A stretch of 64,000 nt of DNA from the human T2T-CHM13v2.0 reference genome, Homo sapiens (GCF_009914755.1 NC_060928.1); one strand, 5' to 3'; counted from the stretch's first letter, positions 29,360 to 42,937 are shown. Numbers and translations: made by a program. The notes: generated from the letters alone by a model not told the origin.

Positions 29360-29378
29360 ATGTGCCCTCTAGTGGACA
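29360..29378 (-). promoter_or_regulatory. Candidate CTCF motif
   Basis: Minus strand reads tgtCCACTAGAGGGCAcat, matching the CTCF core CCAC(C/T)AG(A/G)(G/T)GGC(A/G). Confidence 0.55.
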
Positions 29379-29387
29379 GAAGACAGT

Positions 29388-29445
29388 AAAAACAAACAAA
29401 AAACAAAACCAAACCAAACAAAACTAAAACAAAACAAAACAAAAC
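29388..29445 (+). repeat. (AAAAC)n simple repeat
   Basis: Directly visible. Confidence 0.9.
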
Positions 29446-29447
29446 TA

Positions 29448-30071
29448 CAGTTTGCCCTCCGTAACTGTGAGTTCCTCATCTGGGGATTCAACTAACTGTG
29501 AATCAAAAGTATTTAAAAAGTAAAAAATTAAAAATTAAAACAATGCAATAATAAAAATAATGCAAATAAAAAATACAGAATAACAACTATTTACATAGTA
29601 TTTATGTTGTCTTTGGTTTTTGCTTTGAAGACAGGTTCTCACTTTATAGCCCAAGCTGGAGTGCATTGGTGCAATCAGGGCTCACTGTAGCCTCCATCTC
29701 CCAGGCTCAAGTGATCCTCCCACCTTAGCCGACTGAGTAGCTGGGATTACAGACAGAAAACAGTGTGCCTGGCTATTTTTGTTTTTTAATTTTTGTAGAG
29801 ATGAGATCTTGCTATGTTGCTCAGACAGTTCTTGAACTCCTGGGTTCAAGCAATCCTCCTGCCTTCAGCCTCACAAAGTGCTGGGATTATAGGCATAAGC
29901 CACTGCACCCGGCCTGTATTAATTATAGGTAATCTAGAGATGATTTAAAGTATATGTGAGGATGTGCATAGGTTATATGCAAATATTATACCATTTTACA
30001 TAAGGGAATTGAGCATGCAAGGGGTCTTGGAACCAGTCCCATTCATGAATACCAAGGGAAAGGGATGACTA
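29448..30071 (-). mobile_element. MER2 (TcMar-Tigger) DNA transposon split by an AluJ
   Basis: TIR-like ends cagtttgccctccgta and agggatgact, with TA flanks. Internal taatctagagatgatttaaagtata...ggttatatgcaaata. Confidence 0.85.
29611..29914 (-). mobile_element. AluJ nested in MER2
   Basis: gctcactgtagcctc, ctcaagtgatcctcccacc, gctatgttgc. Confidence 0.9.
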
Positions 30072-30887
30072 TATTTAAATAAAAGTGTATGTGAATAGTA
30101 ATTAAGCCCACACCTAATTATTTTCTCACCGAATTGCAATTTGCATTCAGAGACTGGTTTGTCATATGTGTATGTCTCCCAGAAGAGATGTTATAATAAT
30201 TAAATAAGATAATTATAAACCCAAATTATCTAGGCCTTTTAGGTTTTTGATACTGTCACATTAACAGTCACTCACATTTTACTTTTCTTATTCCCTTTTC
30301 CCTATTTTCCTCTATAATTTATTTGAAAGTTTTTTATGAAACCCAAGAGGCTCTTCATGTGCATTCACAAACAAGTCTGATCCTGCTATGAGTGTCACCA
30401 TGCCATTTCTAGAGTAACTGTCCACCATTTCTCACCAGGATTCATGTCTTTTGCCAATAACTAGACACCATAACTGATCTATCAGATTTCACAGTGACAT
30501 CAGAACTTCAATAAGTGAAAATAATGCATATCTCCATATTATATGCCATATTTTGTCACTAAATAAAGGGTAATTGAACCTGTACCTAACATAACCCTGA
30601 TGCTTCTGATTACAGTCTCTCTCTACTGGGATCCATCAATAGGCCCAGCCAGAGACCAGCTTCTTGTTTCTATGGCTTGTAATCTTTGTCTTCTCCCCTA
30701 GACCAGGCATCTAGGTACTAAACTTTATCTCAAAGCAAAAGTATACACGAGATGTACCTCTCTTTGAAATAACTGATGATCTTACCAGGCATATTTAAGT
30801 TGGTCTGGGCAAAGAGAAGGATTCCTACAATACCATATATGTAAAGTATCTACCACAATGTGTGAAAAAAATAATGCTAATTGCATC

Positions 30888-31335
30888 TGTGTTAATTTTT
30901 TAGGACTACTGTTGAAAAATGATTACAAACATGGTGGCTGAAAATAGCAGAAATTTATTTTCTCACAGTTCTAAGGCCAGAAGTTCAAAGTCAAGGTGTC
31001 AGCACTCCCTCAGAAGGCTTTAGAGGAAAACCTTCTTCCAGCTTCGGTGCTTCCAGGCTTTGCTTGACTTGTGGCTGCTTAACTGTAATCTAACTTGATC
31101 TTCCCATGACCTTCTCTATTCCCCATGTGAATCACCTCTGTATGTCACCTATAAAGACATTTGTCATTGTATTTAGGGCTCATCTTGACATTTCATGATG
31201 ATCTCATCTTGAGACCCTTAACTTGATTACGTTTGCAAAGACCCTTTTTCCAAATAAAGCTACATTCACAGGTTCTGGTAATTAGGTCTTGGACGTAAAC
31301 ATATCTTTTTGGAGGCCATGATTCAACTCACTATC
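30888..31335 (-). mobile_element. MLT1 (B/C-like) LTR
   Basis: cagaaatttattttctcacagttct...aaagtcaaggtgtcagca...tgcaaagaccctttttccaaataa...attcaactcacta. Confidence 0.82.
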
Positions 31336-32844
31336 CCATTCATTCATTCTCTCTCTCTCTCAATCATCTATCTATCATGTCATCATCTACCTATCTAATA
31401 TCTATCTATTTCCCTCTGTCTCTCTCCTCCCTGCATGTCCTTTCTGCTAGCAATTATCATCATATGCTAAAATGTTAAATGTATTTACCTCTGGTTGCTG
31501 GAATTGTGAGTGATTTGTTCGCCAGTTTCTGTATAGTGCTATCTCCACTTTGTAAAACAAATACGCACTACGTTCACAATGAAGAAAATAAATTTAATAA
31601 ATACAAAGTACCATAATCTGTTAAGCAGTAATATATATCTTCAAAAACTTCAATATAAACAGTATTAGTTATTTAACCCAGGAAAGTTTCACAAGTTTTA
31701 CTTGTTTGTGATAGCAAATACAAAAGCGAATAGTTTAGGGATGGTGGTCTCACTCTAATGATCCACAGGCAAAGTGTTTATTTATTCTCTCAATAAAGAA
31801 AGCAAAGCATCTGGTCATAATTTCAGCTTCAGATGACCAAATATTAATTATTTTGCTCATCCAAAACAGATAGTACTCATTTTATTTTCTTAAATACTAT
31901 AATTATTAGATTTTAGAGAAAAGATGTCTAAAGAAAATAATCATAATTTATGATTTTTAAAAAGTCTATGGTATTGGACAATGGTAGAATATTTATGCCT
32001 TTTATTAGCTGGAGATAATATTCACTGGGGCTCTCTTTTGATCTAGCCACCATATTTTTTTTAATAATGTCTGAGTATAGGTATAAGTAAGGTTAATATT
32101 ACTATAGGGACTTTAGTAAGCTATTGAAATACCATTTGTTTAAAACTTAAATATGTATACCTACAGTTTATAAACACACAAAAAGCTGAAATTTGATTCA
32201 GAAGTAAATTTATTCAATAGAACTATCAATTGTGACGGGGTATTAATAACAAACAATTTTCTACTGGAGTTTCCAGCCCATTTTTCTTTTATGTCTCCCA
32301 TGCATTCAGCTTGAAAGATTCAAGAGCTGTGTTTTCACTAAATAATTCTCCTCTGAGACATATTTGATTGCAGAAGGAACAGACAATCACATTAAGCCAT
32401 TTTGTAACTATCTTTGGCAAGTGTTTAGATTCATGGTACAAGGATGATAGTCAGTATTTACTGTTCACTTACAGTAACATGAAAATTTGAAAGCTGTAGG
32501 GTCACAATTTTTGCACTGTAAATAGAAAAAAATATAATAGCTATGAGTTGGAGAACATTTCAGTCACTTTCAATGTATATTAATATTTAATTTGATGCCT
32601 GCCTTTTAGTCTTTCATGTAACCTGGCTGCCACTGTTATCTTTTGTACTGCGTTTGTAGTTTAGATTATTTTACCATGTATGTGCATTAGTTCTCCAAAA
32701 TAAATATGTAATATTGTTAAATAAATTTTTAATAAAACATATTTTTATCTTCATTTGATTCTCTTTCCATGATTTACTTTGGTTTGTTAATTTGCTATCT
32801 TTTAAAATATTTTAAATATTTATGCCTAAAAATTCACTCATAAT

Positions 32845-33435
32845 TCCAGCAACCAGACATAAATATTTAATATGTGCTGAGAACCAAGTACTAGAGGTTG
32901 GTACAAAAGTAATTGCGGTTTTTACCGTTACTTTTAAAACCTCAATTACTAGTATTCTAGGCCTGCAGAATCCAATTGTGAACAACTAAGGTCCTTGGTT
33001 TAGTGAAGTTTATTTTCTAGAGAAAAACAAACATAACATAGTTTTGAAAATTGACATCATACTGAGTACTAGGAAGAAAATAAATCAGTCAGGTGGATGC
33101 CTCTCAAAGTAACAAGTGAGCAGACACTTAAGTGAGAAAATGAGCCACGTGTATATTATTGAACCTCATGTGGCATGATAAACCATGTAGGTTTTACTCT
33201 AAGTGAGAAAGTGAACCAGTGCAAAAGTAAGCAATATAGTCTGAAATACATTATAAAAGCATCGCACTTTACATACTGAGGGACAGTAGACTATAGAAGG
33301 CAAAAGTAGAAGTAGCAAGATTGAGAGGCCTGTCAAGAGGTTCTTGTAGAAGTCCAGATGAGAAAAGGTGGCTTGAACTGTGAGGGTAGAAGTAGAATAG
33401 TGAGTTGCTTGTTTTCAGTATTTATCTTGAAACTA
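32845..33435 (-). mobile_element. L2 fragment
   Basis: Degenerate L2 3' region (aaatatttaa...tattctagg...gtccagatgagaaaaggtggcttgaact). Confidence 0.55.
32895..32950. mobile_element. MADE1 (Hsmar1 MITE), partially deleted
   Basis: aggttggtacaaaagtaattgcggttttt matches the Hsmar1 TIR. Remnant of the second TIR aaaacctcaattact. Confidence 0.85.
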
Positions 33436-33467
33436 AGTTCCATAATTTTAAAATTTAGTATGCAGTG

Positions 33468-33821
33468 TTCTATAGACTAAACGTGCCCATTCCAAATTCA
33501 TATACTAAAACCTAATCCCCTGTGTGAGGGTATTTGCAGGCAGGTCATTTTGAATGTGATTAGGTCATGTGGGCCATCCCCTCATGAATGGAATAGTTCT
33601 CTTATGAAAGAGGCCCCAGAGAGATCCTTTCCTCTCTGCCTTGTGAGGACAGAACAAAAAGATGTCCATCTATGAACCAGGAAGCAGGCTCTCACCAGAT
33701 GTTAAATCTGCTGGTAACTTGATCTTGAACTTCCCAAACCACAGAAGTGTGAAAAATAAATTTCTGTTATTTATAAGCTATTCAGCCTATGGAGTTTGTT
33801 ATAGCAGCCCAGACAAAGACA
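33468..33821 (+). mobile_element. MLT1A/A0 LTR
   Basis: ccaaattcatat...aacctaatcccc...aataaatttctgttatttataagc...ttatagcagccc. TSD cagtg on both sides. Confidence 0.88.
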
Positions 33822-34534
33822 CAGTGTGAAAGAAATAGACGAGTCAGAGTTGACATCAGAGTTGATGTTGAAGGCGGAGCAGATTTCAAGATGAGAAAAC
33901 ATATGAGGAACATATAAATATCTTACTTTTTAGGTGTTGTCATGTATTTGTGACTTACAAGTACCACAATCAGACCTCTTCCACATTGTAGAATCAGATT
34001 CTTATATGATTTGTCATGTATTGATATAGCAATTTAAATAGTTGCACCAGAAGACCATTGCTCCATTCTTGAAGCCAGGTGCCCAAGAGTCTCATTTGTA
34101 CTTTGTAATTCACATTTTCCCAGTCCCACTTTCTGTGTTTAGTCACTGCCTTATATTATTTTTGTGTGATTTCCTTATCAACAATACCCATCTCTATCTT
34201 CTATTAATAGATAAAGGTTAGAGCACATTATTGGAGTCAGTTCATATTGCTTAAATTAATATATTTTCAATTAAATTCCTGATACATTAATATAATTTTA
34301 AAATTTCCATTTGGTTGGACAGATTATCATTTAGCTTTTGCTATTTCTTTTTCTCAGTATAAAATGAGAACTTGTTATAAGTGTTTGCCTTTTCATATTT
34401 AATGAGTATAATTGAGTTTTGTAATTGACATATATGTTCTTATAAATGAAATATATACTCTTGTGTCTATTATTTGATTTTCTTTAGATATTTTCCAGGT
34501 TTACTATATTTATCATGTTATTTAGCCAAGGAAT

Positions 34535-35450
34535 GTTTTATTAATGTGGGTATATAGTAGGTGTATATATTTATGGGTTACATGAGATATTTTGATACAG
34601 ACATGCAGTGCATAATAATCACATTAGGGTAAATGGGGTATCTATTCCCCTCAAGCATTTATCCTTTGTGTTATAAACAATCTAGTTATACTCTTTTAGC
34701 TATTTTTAAATGTACAATTAAATTATTTTTTTTACCGTAATCACCCTATTGTGCTAGCAAATACTAAGTATTATTCATTCTTTCTATTTTTTGTACTTAT
34801 TAGCCATACCCACTTTCTTCCACACCCAACCACTACCCTTTCCAGCCATTGGTAATCATCTTTCTACTCTCCATATCTATTATTTCTATTATTTTTAGTT
34901 CCCACAAATAATTGAAAACGTGTTATGTTTGCCTTTTTGTACCTGGCTTATTTCACTTAACATAATTACCTCAAGTATCACCCATCTCTTCTTGAAAATG
35001 ACAGGCTCCCATTCTTTATTGTGGCTGAACAAGTACTCCATTGTGTGTATGTACCACATTTTCTTTATTCACTCATCTGATGATGAACACTTAAGTTGCT
35101 TATAAATCTTGCCTATTGTGAATAGTGCTGCAGCAAACATGGGAGCACAGGTCTCTCTTCGATATACTGATTTCCTTTCTTTTGGGTATATACCTAGTAG
35201 TGAGAATGCTGAATTGTATGGTAGCTCTATTTTTAGGTTTTTGAGGACTGTCCAAACTGTTTTCCATAGTGGTTGTACTAATTTACATTCCCAAGAACAG
35301 TAGACAAGGGTTCTCTTTTCTCCACATCCTTGTCAGCATTTGTTACTGCCTGACTTTTGGATAAAAGCTGTTTTGACTGGAGTGAGATGATATCTCATTG
35401 TAGATTCGATTTGTATTTCTCTGATGATCAATAATGTTGAACAGCTTTTT
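34535..35450 (-). mobile_element. L1MA (MA2-like) 3' end
   Basis: gtgggtatatagtaggtgtatatatttatggg...catgagatattttgatacag, followed by antisense ORF2 end. Confidence 0.88.
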
Positions 35451-35479
35451 TTTTAAAAAAAAAAAAGAAAAGAAAATTG

Positions 35480-36230
35480 AGCTTGTTTCAACGAATGTAA
35501 CTTTTATTATGAAAAACTTTCAAACAGATACAAATGAAGAGAGTGGTAAAATCACCAGCTCACCTCTCCCAGGTACCAATGACCTAGATTAAATAGCTAT
35601 CCACATTTGCCTTTCAGATTTCATCTACCCATCCTCTTTTTTTTTTTTTTTTTTTTTTGCTGGAATATTTAAAACCACATCCCAGGTATCACTTTATCTC
35701 ATCTGAAAACTCTTCAGTATAAAACTCTAGGCCAGCTGCCATGGCTCACGCCTGTAATCTCACAACTTTGGGAGACCAATGTGGGTGGATCACTTGAGGT
35801 CAGGAGTTCAAGACCAGCCTGGCCAACATGGCGAAGCCCCATCTCTACAAAAAATTAGCTGGGTGTGGTGGTGGGCGCCTGTAATCCCAGTTACTCAAGA
35901 GGCTGAGGCAGGAGAATCGCTTGAACCTGGGAGGCGGAGGTTGTGGTGAGCCGAGACCACGCCACTGCACTCCAGCTTGGGCGAAAAAGCAAGACTTTGT
36001 CTCGAAACAAACAAACAAACAAACAAACAAACAAACAACTCTGAGAGATAGGATTTAAAAGGAACCATAATACCGTTATCACTTTCAGTAAGTTTTATCT
36101 AGCATTCAGTTAATGTTCAATTTTCTTCATTTGCTTCGAAAATGTCTTTTTACTTTTGGTCCATTTGAATCAAGATCAAAACAAAGTTATCAATTGATTG
36201 GTATGTCTTTAAAGTCTTCTTGAAACTATA
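35480..36230 (-). mobile_element. Old L1MC/ME-like 3' fragment split by an Alu
   Basis: ttttattatgaaaaactttcaaacagatacaaa...; ttgaatcaagatcaaaacaaag...ttgattggtatgtctt. Confidence 0.55.
35730..36037 (+). mobile_element. AluS with (CAAA)n tail
   Basis: Dimer with a shortened A-rich linker. TSD aactct. Confidence 0.92.
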
Positions 36231-37954
36231 CCATAAATATAACTTTTAAAATGTATATTACTTACTTAACATTATATTCTGCCTATTTTTAAAAATAGCT
36301 CTGTTGAGATATAATTCACATACTGTTGCAGGCTGAAAAATGATCCTTCTTTTCCCCAAGATATCAGATCCAAATCCCTGAGACAAGTACAAAAAGGCAA
36401 GAAATCTAATCAGTAAAAGAGGAAGCTTGAAGATGTTTACCAAATGTCTTATCTAGATTGAATCAAAGTCTTTTGCAACCATTGCTTAAAAATACTTTCT
36501 TCTTATTGTATATCACATTTATTGCAAGTAGACAATATGTTATTTTGAAATTCCATCTTTTCTGAGCCAAAAGAGTTATAAATTGAGAACCTTTACTTAA
36601 TGGTCTGTCAAAATATAGATTATTTAGTGTCTGATCTTCATGATTATAATTAAAGTTTTTATGACAATAAATAGTATTTTTGTTCTGCAATTTAAAAACT
36701 ATGCTTGAATGTACTAATATAGCTTTAAAGATTTTTAAATTAATTTTAACTTAGGAAAGTCATTTAAATACCTCCACCTTTGTTTTAGTATCCTTTCTTT
36801 GGACCACTCTGATGAACTTTAGAGCCCCTTGATCATTGGTCTTTTTTAAATGCATAAGTCTCAGATGTCTCTGTTGCAATAACAACAAAATGGAAAATTA
36901 TGCTTGAAGACAGTTATTGGCAAACTACTACACGACTTTATGGTTTAAAACTGATAAATGGACACATGAGAACATTGAATAAGAATACCTATAACTAAAA
37001 AGAAACGTGGATTATAAGGCCCTGGAGATGTTACTAAAATGAAAATCTTTTAAATTCTTAACTAAGTTGCTATGGTAGCTTTTTTTCATCATAGTGTATT
37101 TGGTTTAACCATTTTAACATCTCTATTCAGCAGTTTTAATCCATATTTTAGTTAAATACGTAAACACAAATTTCTGAAAAATGTGTATAGTTTTTTATTT
37201 TCCTGTCAAGGGTACATAAAAATTTTTATAAATATGACTTTATAAAATGTAGGTAAGATATACTTATAACTAGCTGTTAGGAACTAGTATAGTAGAAAAG
37301 ATGGAGGAATATAACTTTTAAACTAAAACTGTGATTAATTGAAAATCTAGCAGGAAAAACCAGTCTTGATTATGCTATCACATAATTATACTTCTCAATT
37401 TGCCCATGAATTTGAACTCTAAATGATGTAGTGCAAAATGAAAACTGAAAATAAAAATTCTCAAATTATTTAGAACAGTATTTTTTGTCTTCATTCTCTG
37501 CATTGCTTATACGGTTTTGTTTCCAAATACAATCTGAAGCTAGAAGTTAGCCTGTTGAAATTCCATGTGATAATGAATCATTCTCAATTGGTAGCAAAGA
37601 ACTAATTTTGGAATGTTTGTGTTTAGCACATGCATTAAAGACAAAAATAATAATGAGTGATAACCAAAAATGAGAACCAAGAAATTACTTTTTCCTTTTC
37701 TGCTTACCTTGCTTTATTTCCCTACATCCTATAAATTTTATACATATTTTAATTGTTTGCCACTAAAATACAACTTCCCTGAAGACTGGGTATCGGCTTT
37801 GTTCCCTTTTTTATTCCAAGTGACAAAACAGTGCCTAGAATATGATTTAAAAAATCTCACATATCTGCAATACTAGGTATCAAGTTGTGGGTTTAAAATA
37901 ATATTTCCTCCCTAAACAATTAAATCATTTCTTATAAATGTGGATTCACAACTT

Positions 37955-38083
37955 TGTCCAGCATTTTAAAACTGATATTTCTAAATTCTGTATAAACTTG
38001 GCTTGAGAAAAATGAAAATGTCCAGCACTTTAAAATTGATATTTCTAAATTCTGTATAAACTTGGCTTGAGGGAAAGATGAAA
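37955..38083 (+). repeat. 64-bp tandem duplication
   Basis: tgtccagca(t/c)tttaaaa(c/t)tgatatttctaaattctgtataaacttggcttgag at 37955 and 38019. Confidence 0.95.
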
Positions 38084-38343
38084 GAGTTAAGTATTGGGAG
38101 ACAACCTGTTTAGTGTTTCTTAAACCAAGCTCCAGTAGCTTCCTTTATCCCCTTATATTTGTTTACTTCCACCTCAAAATCTATCCTATTTTATACCTGC
38201 CAACATTGAAGCTAGGTTGCCTCTTTGGTTCTGGCTGACACACCTTCTCCTTCCTACATTTTTTTTTCTCTCTCTCTTCTGTATTCCCACATGTCTCTTA
38301 ATCTGTTTGCTCCATTCACAGGTTTCTGATCTCATTTCTATTT

Positions 38344-38416
38344 CATGGCTCTTCCATCAGTGGCAAACTCCATTGGCTCCAAACAGACATGGCTCTTCCA
38401 TCAATGGCAAACTCCA
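38344..38416 (+). repeat. 29-bp direct repeat pair with 15-bp spacer
   Basis: catggctcttccatca(g/a)tggcaaactcca at 38344-38372 and 38388-38416. Confidence 0.93.
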
Positions 38417-38587
38417 GGTCATATACTCACTACCTATTACTTGTTTGTTTTAACCCATCCTTTAACTTGGGAACCAAAAAAACATAACAGTGTTCACTTT
38501 GGAATCACATACACAAAAACTGAAGCGACACAGTGAGATTAGAATATCCCCTGTGCAAGAATGACAAATTTGTAACACATTTTCTAT

Positions 38588-39530
38588 TTTTCAAATAAGC
38601 ATATAAAAAGATGGTAAACACCATACATCATTAAAGAATTGCAGATTAAAGCAATGAGATATCACTGCAAACTCATTAGAATAACTAACATCCAAAACAC
38701 TAACAACACTAAATGTTGGCAAACATGTGGAACAGTAGAAGCTCTCATTCATTGCTGGTGTGCATGTAAATGGTACAACACCTTTGTAAGACATTTTGAC
38801 AATTTCTTATAACTCTAAACATACTCTTACCATATGATCCAGCAATGGTACCCGTTGGTATTTGCCCAACTGGATTGAAAATTAAGTCCACAAAAAAATC
38901 TGCACACATATGTTTACAGAAGATTTATTCATAATTGTCAAAATTTGGATGAAAGCAAGATGCTCTTTAATAGGTGAATGGATACATAAACTCTGGTATA
39001 TCTGATAATGGAACATATTCAATACTAAAAAGAAATGAGCAACCAAGCCATAAAAAGATGTAAACAAAACTTAAATGCAGATTACTATGTGAAAGAAGCC
39101 AATCTGGAAAAGCTACATACTGCATAATTACATCTATATGACATTCTAAAAAAGACAGAAGTATGGAGACTAAAAAGATCAGTGGTTGCCTGGGGAGGGA
39201 GCCGGGAGGAATGAATAGGTGGAGCCCAGTGGACTTTTAAGGCTGTGAAACTCTTCTGTCTGATACTATAATGGTAAATACCTGTCATTATGTATTTCTC
39301 AAAACCCATGAAATATATAACAAGAGTGCATCCTAATGTAAACTGTGGAGTTTGAGTGGTAATGATGTGTCAGTGTTGGTTCAATGCTTGTAACTAATGT
39401 AGCACCCTGGTGTGAGATATTGATGGTGGGGGAAGCTGTATGTGGCAAGGAGAGAATATAGGAGAACTCTCTGTACTTTCCATTCAGTTTTGCTGTGAAG
39501 ATAAAACTGTAAAAAATCTATTTTTTAAAA
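38588..39530 (+). mobile_element. L1MC1-like 3' end
   Basis: ctctcattcattgctggtg, gtgaaagaagccaatctggaaaagctacatactg, cctaatgtaaactgtggag...aatgatgtgtca. Confidence 0.85.
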
Positions 39531-39669
39531 GAAAGGACAGAGAAGGTACTTTTCTTTATCGACATTTTGAACCAGACACAATTTGATGACGGGACTTTAA
39601 ATCATTGCTTTGTTTAAAAGAATCCTCTCTTCTTCTAACTTAAATCTATGATTAAATTAGTTGAACTAC

Positions 39670-39753
39670 TTTTTTTTATACTTTAAGTTCTAGGGTACAT
39701 GTGCACAATGTGCAGATTTGTTACATGCATATACATGTGCCGTGTTGGTGTGC
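39670..39753 (-). mobile_element. Very short L1PA 3' terminus
   Basis: ttatactttaagttctagggtacatgtgcacaatgtgcag...gtgccgtgttggtgtgc. Confidence 0.9.
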
Positions 39754-40919
39754 AAACTATGTTTTTTAAAGGAACAATTTGTGTATTAATTATAATCAGA
39801 CAGACAATGTGGAATGAACAAATGTGCGATTTCAAATCAACCTGTGCATTATATGGAAGATTTTTTTTTTAACTGTCACACATAAACTATGCTAAAGTTT
39901 TAGGATACCACAATCTCTGCACTTAAAATGAGAAAGTCATTATAAGTTAGGAATATTAAAATGTTACAAATAATATCTAAACTACAAAAAAATCATTGAA
40001 AATTTTTATCACACATTAACCATGATCTATGCCAAAAATGGCAAGTGACAGACAAAATTCAGTTTACGTATTTATTAATTTATTTATTTATAATTTACAC
40101 TGGATGTAGCATTTTTAACTGGATTTGAAATTCTTTACAATGGAAATATTCTGAAGCTCATCAATGATCTTTTCACTTCCTATTTTCTCCCTCCTTCCAT
40201 CCTGCCTCACACATTAACAAATCACCTGGTACTTGAAAGCACTTGAATGACAACTATCCCCTGATCTAATCTTCCTTATAACAACTGCGTTCTGAACTAT
40301 TGAAAACTTAATGCTCTAGCAAATCATTGGTAACCAAAACCAACTAAAAATAAAAGCAATTAAAACTTTTGTAAGCGACATCAGCAAAAGTGATGGAGTA
40401 GGAAACTCCAAAAATCTTGTTACTCCACAAAATGAGTAAAGAAACTGGGAAAAACTTTCAGAATTGACTGTACCAGAACTCTTCAGATTCATAGAAATTT
40501 CCAACAACGAGGTGAATGCTTAGTCAAGGTGGAGAAAATAATCTGAATAAGAGAGTTTTATAATATGTTATCTTACTGTGATCCAAAACTACTCCTGAGT
40601 TCAGAAGTAGTTTTGCAGACAACAGCCCATTTCTACTATACTTTTCTAATGCCAAATAAAGCAAAACAGACTATATTCTTAAAGAATTGTAATTGTTTCT
40701 CTTGATCTGTCTGGGAACTCTTCAAAGGACTTGTATTTATCCCACTTGGAACTCTACTAGTGATGAAGCGGCTAGTGAGAGAGTATTTGTCAAATATATT
40801 TAAAAGAAAGTGTATTAGCTACTGCTGCTTGTGGAAAGGAATAAAAGTTGAAAAAAAAAAATAGACAAACCAAAAGCTTGGAATGAAAGAATTGAGAATG
40901 AGATGATTTGAGGTAAAAA

Positions 40920-41051
40920 ATATATATATATTTTCTATATATTTTTTATATATAATATTTTATATATACGTGTGTGTATATATACACACATATATTATTT
41001 ATATATATACACATATATACATATATTTATATATATATATATGCATATATA
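40920..41051. repeat. (TA)n-rich low-complexity tract
   Basis: Directly visible. Confidence 0.9.
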
Positions 41052-41414
41052 AAAATGATCTTCCATATATCCCAAGAATCTAAAAGGCCATGACACGCCA
41101 AGGGCTGGGTGCATGCTCAAAAAAAACTTAAAAAGCCTTAAGATCTCTCCTCCGTTAAACCTTTAGATTCTGCACACGCAAGAAGAGAAGGCTAAAACAA
41201 AATTATAGACTGCTTGTCTGAGAGTTGAAAGCTTGCTTCAACTTACCCACAGAACCGATATACAATGACTGGAAGATTTTGTGTGGTTTTGAACATTTTA
41301 GATAACCTCTGTTGAATCACTTGCTGATCACTAAGCTAATGGAACACAGATTTTAGTGGCCGCATACAACAAATAATACAAACTATACAAACTAAGTTCA
41401 AAAAAGTCACCAAT

Positions 41415-41712
41415 GGCCAGGCATGGTGGCTTACGCGTGTAATCCCATTATTTTGGGAGGCCGAGGCAGGCAGATCACTTGAGGTCAGGATTTCTAGACC
41501 AACCTAGCCAACATGATGAAACCCCGTCTCTACTGAAAATACAAAAATTAGCCCGGTGTGGTAACATGTGCCTGTAATCTCAGCTACTCAGGAGGCTTAG
41601 GCAAGAGAATTGCTTGACCTGGGAGGCTGAGGTTGCAGTGAGCTGAGATTGTGCCACTGCACTCCAACCCTCCAGCCTGGGGAATAGAGCAAGACTCCAT
41701 CTCAAAAAAAAG
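41415..41712 (+). mobile_element. AluS (Sx/Sz-like)
   Basis: Dimer. TSD aaaaaagtcaccaa. Confidence 0.93.
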
Positions 41713-41982
41713 AAAAAAAGTCACCAACTAACAAGAACACAAGCAGCAGCAACCACAAACCCTGAAGAGGGAGAAGAATCTGATTTCCAAAGCTGCCAAA
41801 TTATAATATTTAAAAGGTCCAGTTATGAAGACAAAATACGAGGTATAGAAATAAAAAAATTTATTGCCCACACATAGGATAAAAAGAGTTTAAATGAACT
41901 ACATTAAATATGTTCAATAAGCTCAAGGAACATGTACAAAGAACTAAATAAAACCATTAGAATGATGTTTAACCAGGTAGAA

Positions 41983-42335
41983 TGCTAATTTGGCTTGGTC
42001 CCCAGCCAAATCTCATTTTGAATTGTACTCCCCATAATCCTCATGTATTTTGGAGGGACCCAGTAGGAGGGAATTGAATCATGGGGGTGGTTTCCCCCTA
42101 CTGTTCTCGCGGTAGTGAGTTCTCATGAGATCTGATGGTTTTATGTGTACCCCTGCAGGTACTTTTCTCTCCTGCCACCACGTGAAGAAGGATGTGTTTG
42201 TTTCTCCTTCTGCCATGACTGTAAGTTTCCTGAGGACCCTCCAGTCATGCAGTACTAGTCAAGTAAACCTCTTTCGTTTATAAATTACGCAGTCTCAGGC
42301 AGTTCTCTATAGCAGTGTGAGAATGGACTAATACA
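41983..42335 (+). mobile_element. THE1C/D solo LTR
   Basis: caaatctcattttgaattgta...gagatctgatggtttta...gaatggactaataca. TSD taga(a/g). Confidence 0.9.
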
Positions 42336-42937
42336 TAGAGGATAATACAGATTTTGTAAGTAGAAATTATAGAAAGAAACCTAATAAATGTAGAACCAAA
42401 TGGAAATTGTAATTAAACGTAAAATAACTAAAATGAAGAATTTAATCAAGGGATTCAACAACATATTTGAGGAAGTGAAAGTATGAATCAGTGAGTGTGG
42501 AATAAGTTAATTGTGACTATCTGACTGTGGAACAGAAACAAACAAAAATAGAAAAATAAACAGAAACTAAGAGATCCGTGGGACATCCCATCATGTGTAC
42601 CAACATGCACATAATTGAAGTAGCACAGGAGGAGAGACAGAGAAAAAATAAAGCAGAAAGAATATTTGAAGAAATAATGCCTGAAAACTTTCCTTGTGAA
42701 GACATGAATCTGAGAAGCTAAATACATCTTTAGTAGAATAAACACAAAATGATCTACACCAAGACATATTATAGTCAAACTGTTGAAAGTCAAAAACAAA
42801 GAGGAAATCCAGGAAGAATAAAGAGAAGCAACTCCCCAAGTATAAGTAATCTGGGATAAAATTCACAGCTCGTATCTCATCAAAAGCAATGAACACCAGA
42901 AGGCTGTGGGATGATATACCTATGAGGTTGACTCTCA

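Larger units (their letters stand above)
40375..42920 (+). mobile_element. Old L1M 5'UTR/ORF1 region, interrupted by (TA)n, an Alu and a THE1
   Basis: gacatcagcaaaa..atggagtagg start. ORF1-like gaatatttgaagaaataatgcctgaaaactttcc and caagacatattatagtcaaactgttgaaa. Confidence 0.7.

Noticed and set aside
38344-38416. Repeat-spacer-repeat as a mini-CRISPR
   Set aside because: Only two units with a 15-bp spacer in a eukaryotic context. A local duplication explains it.
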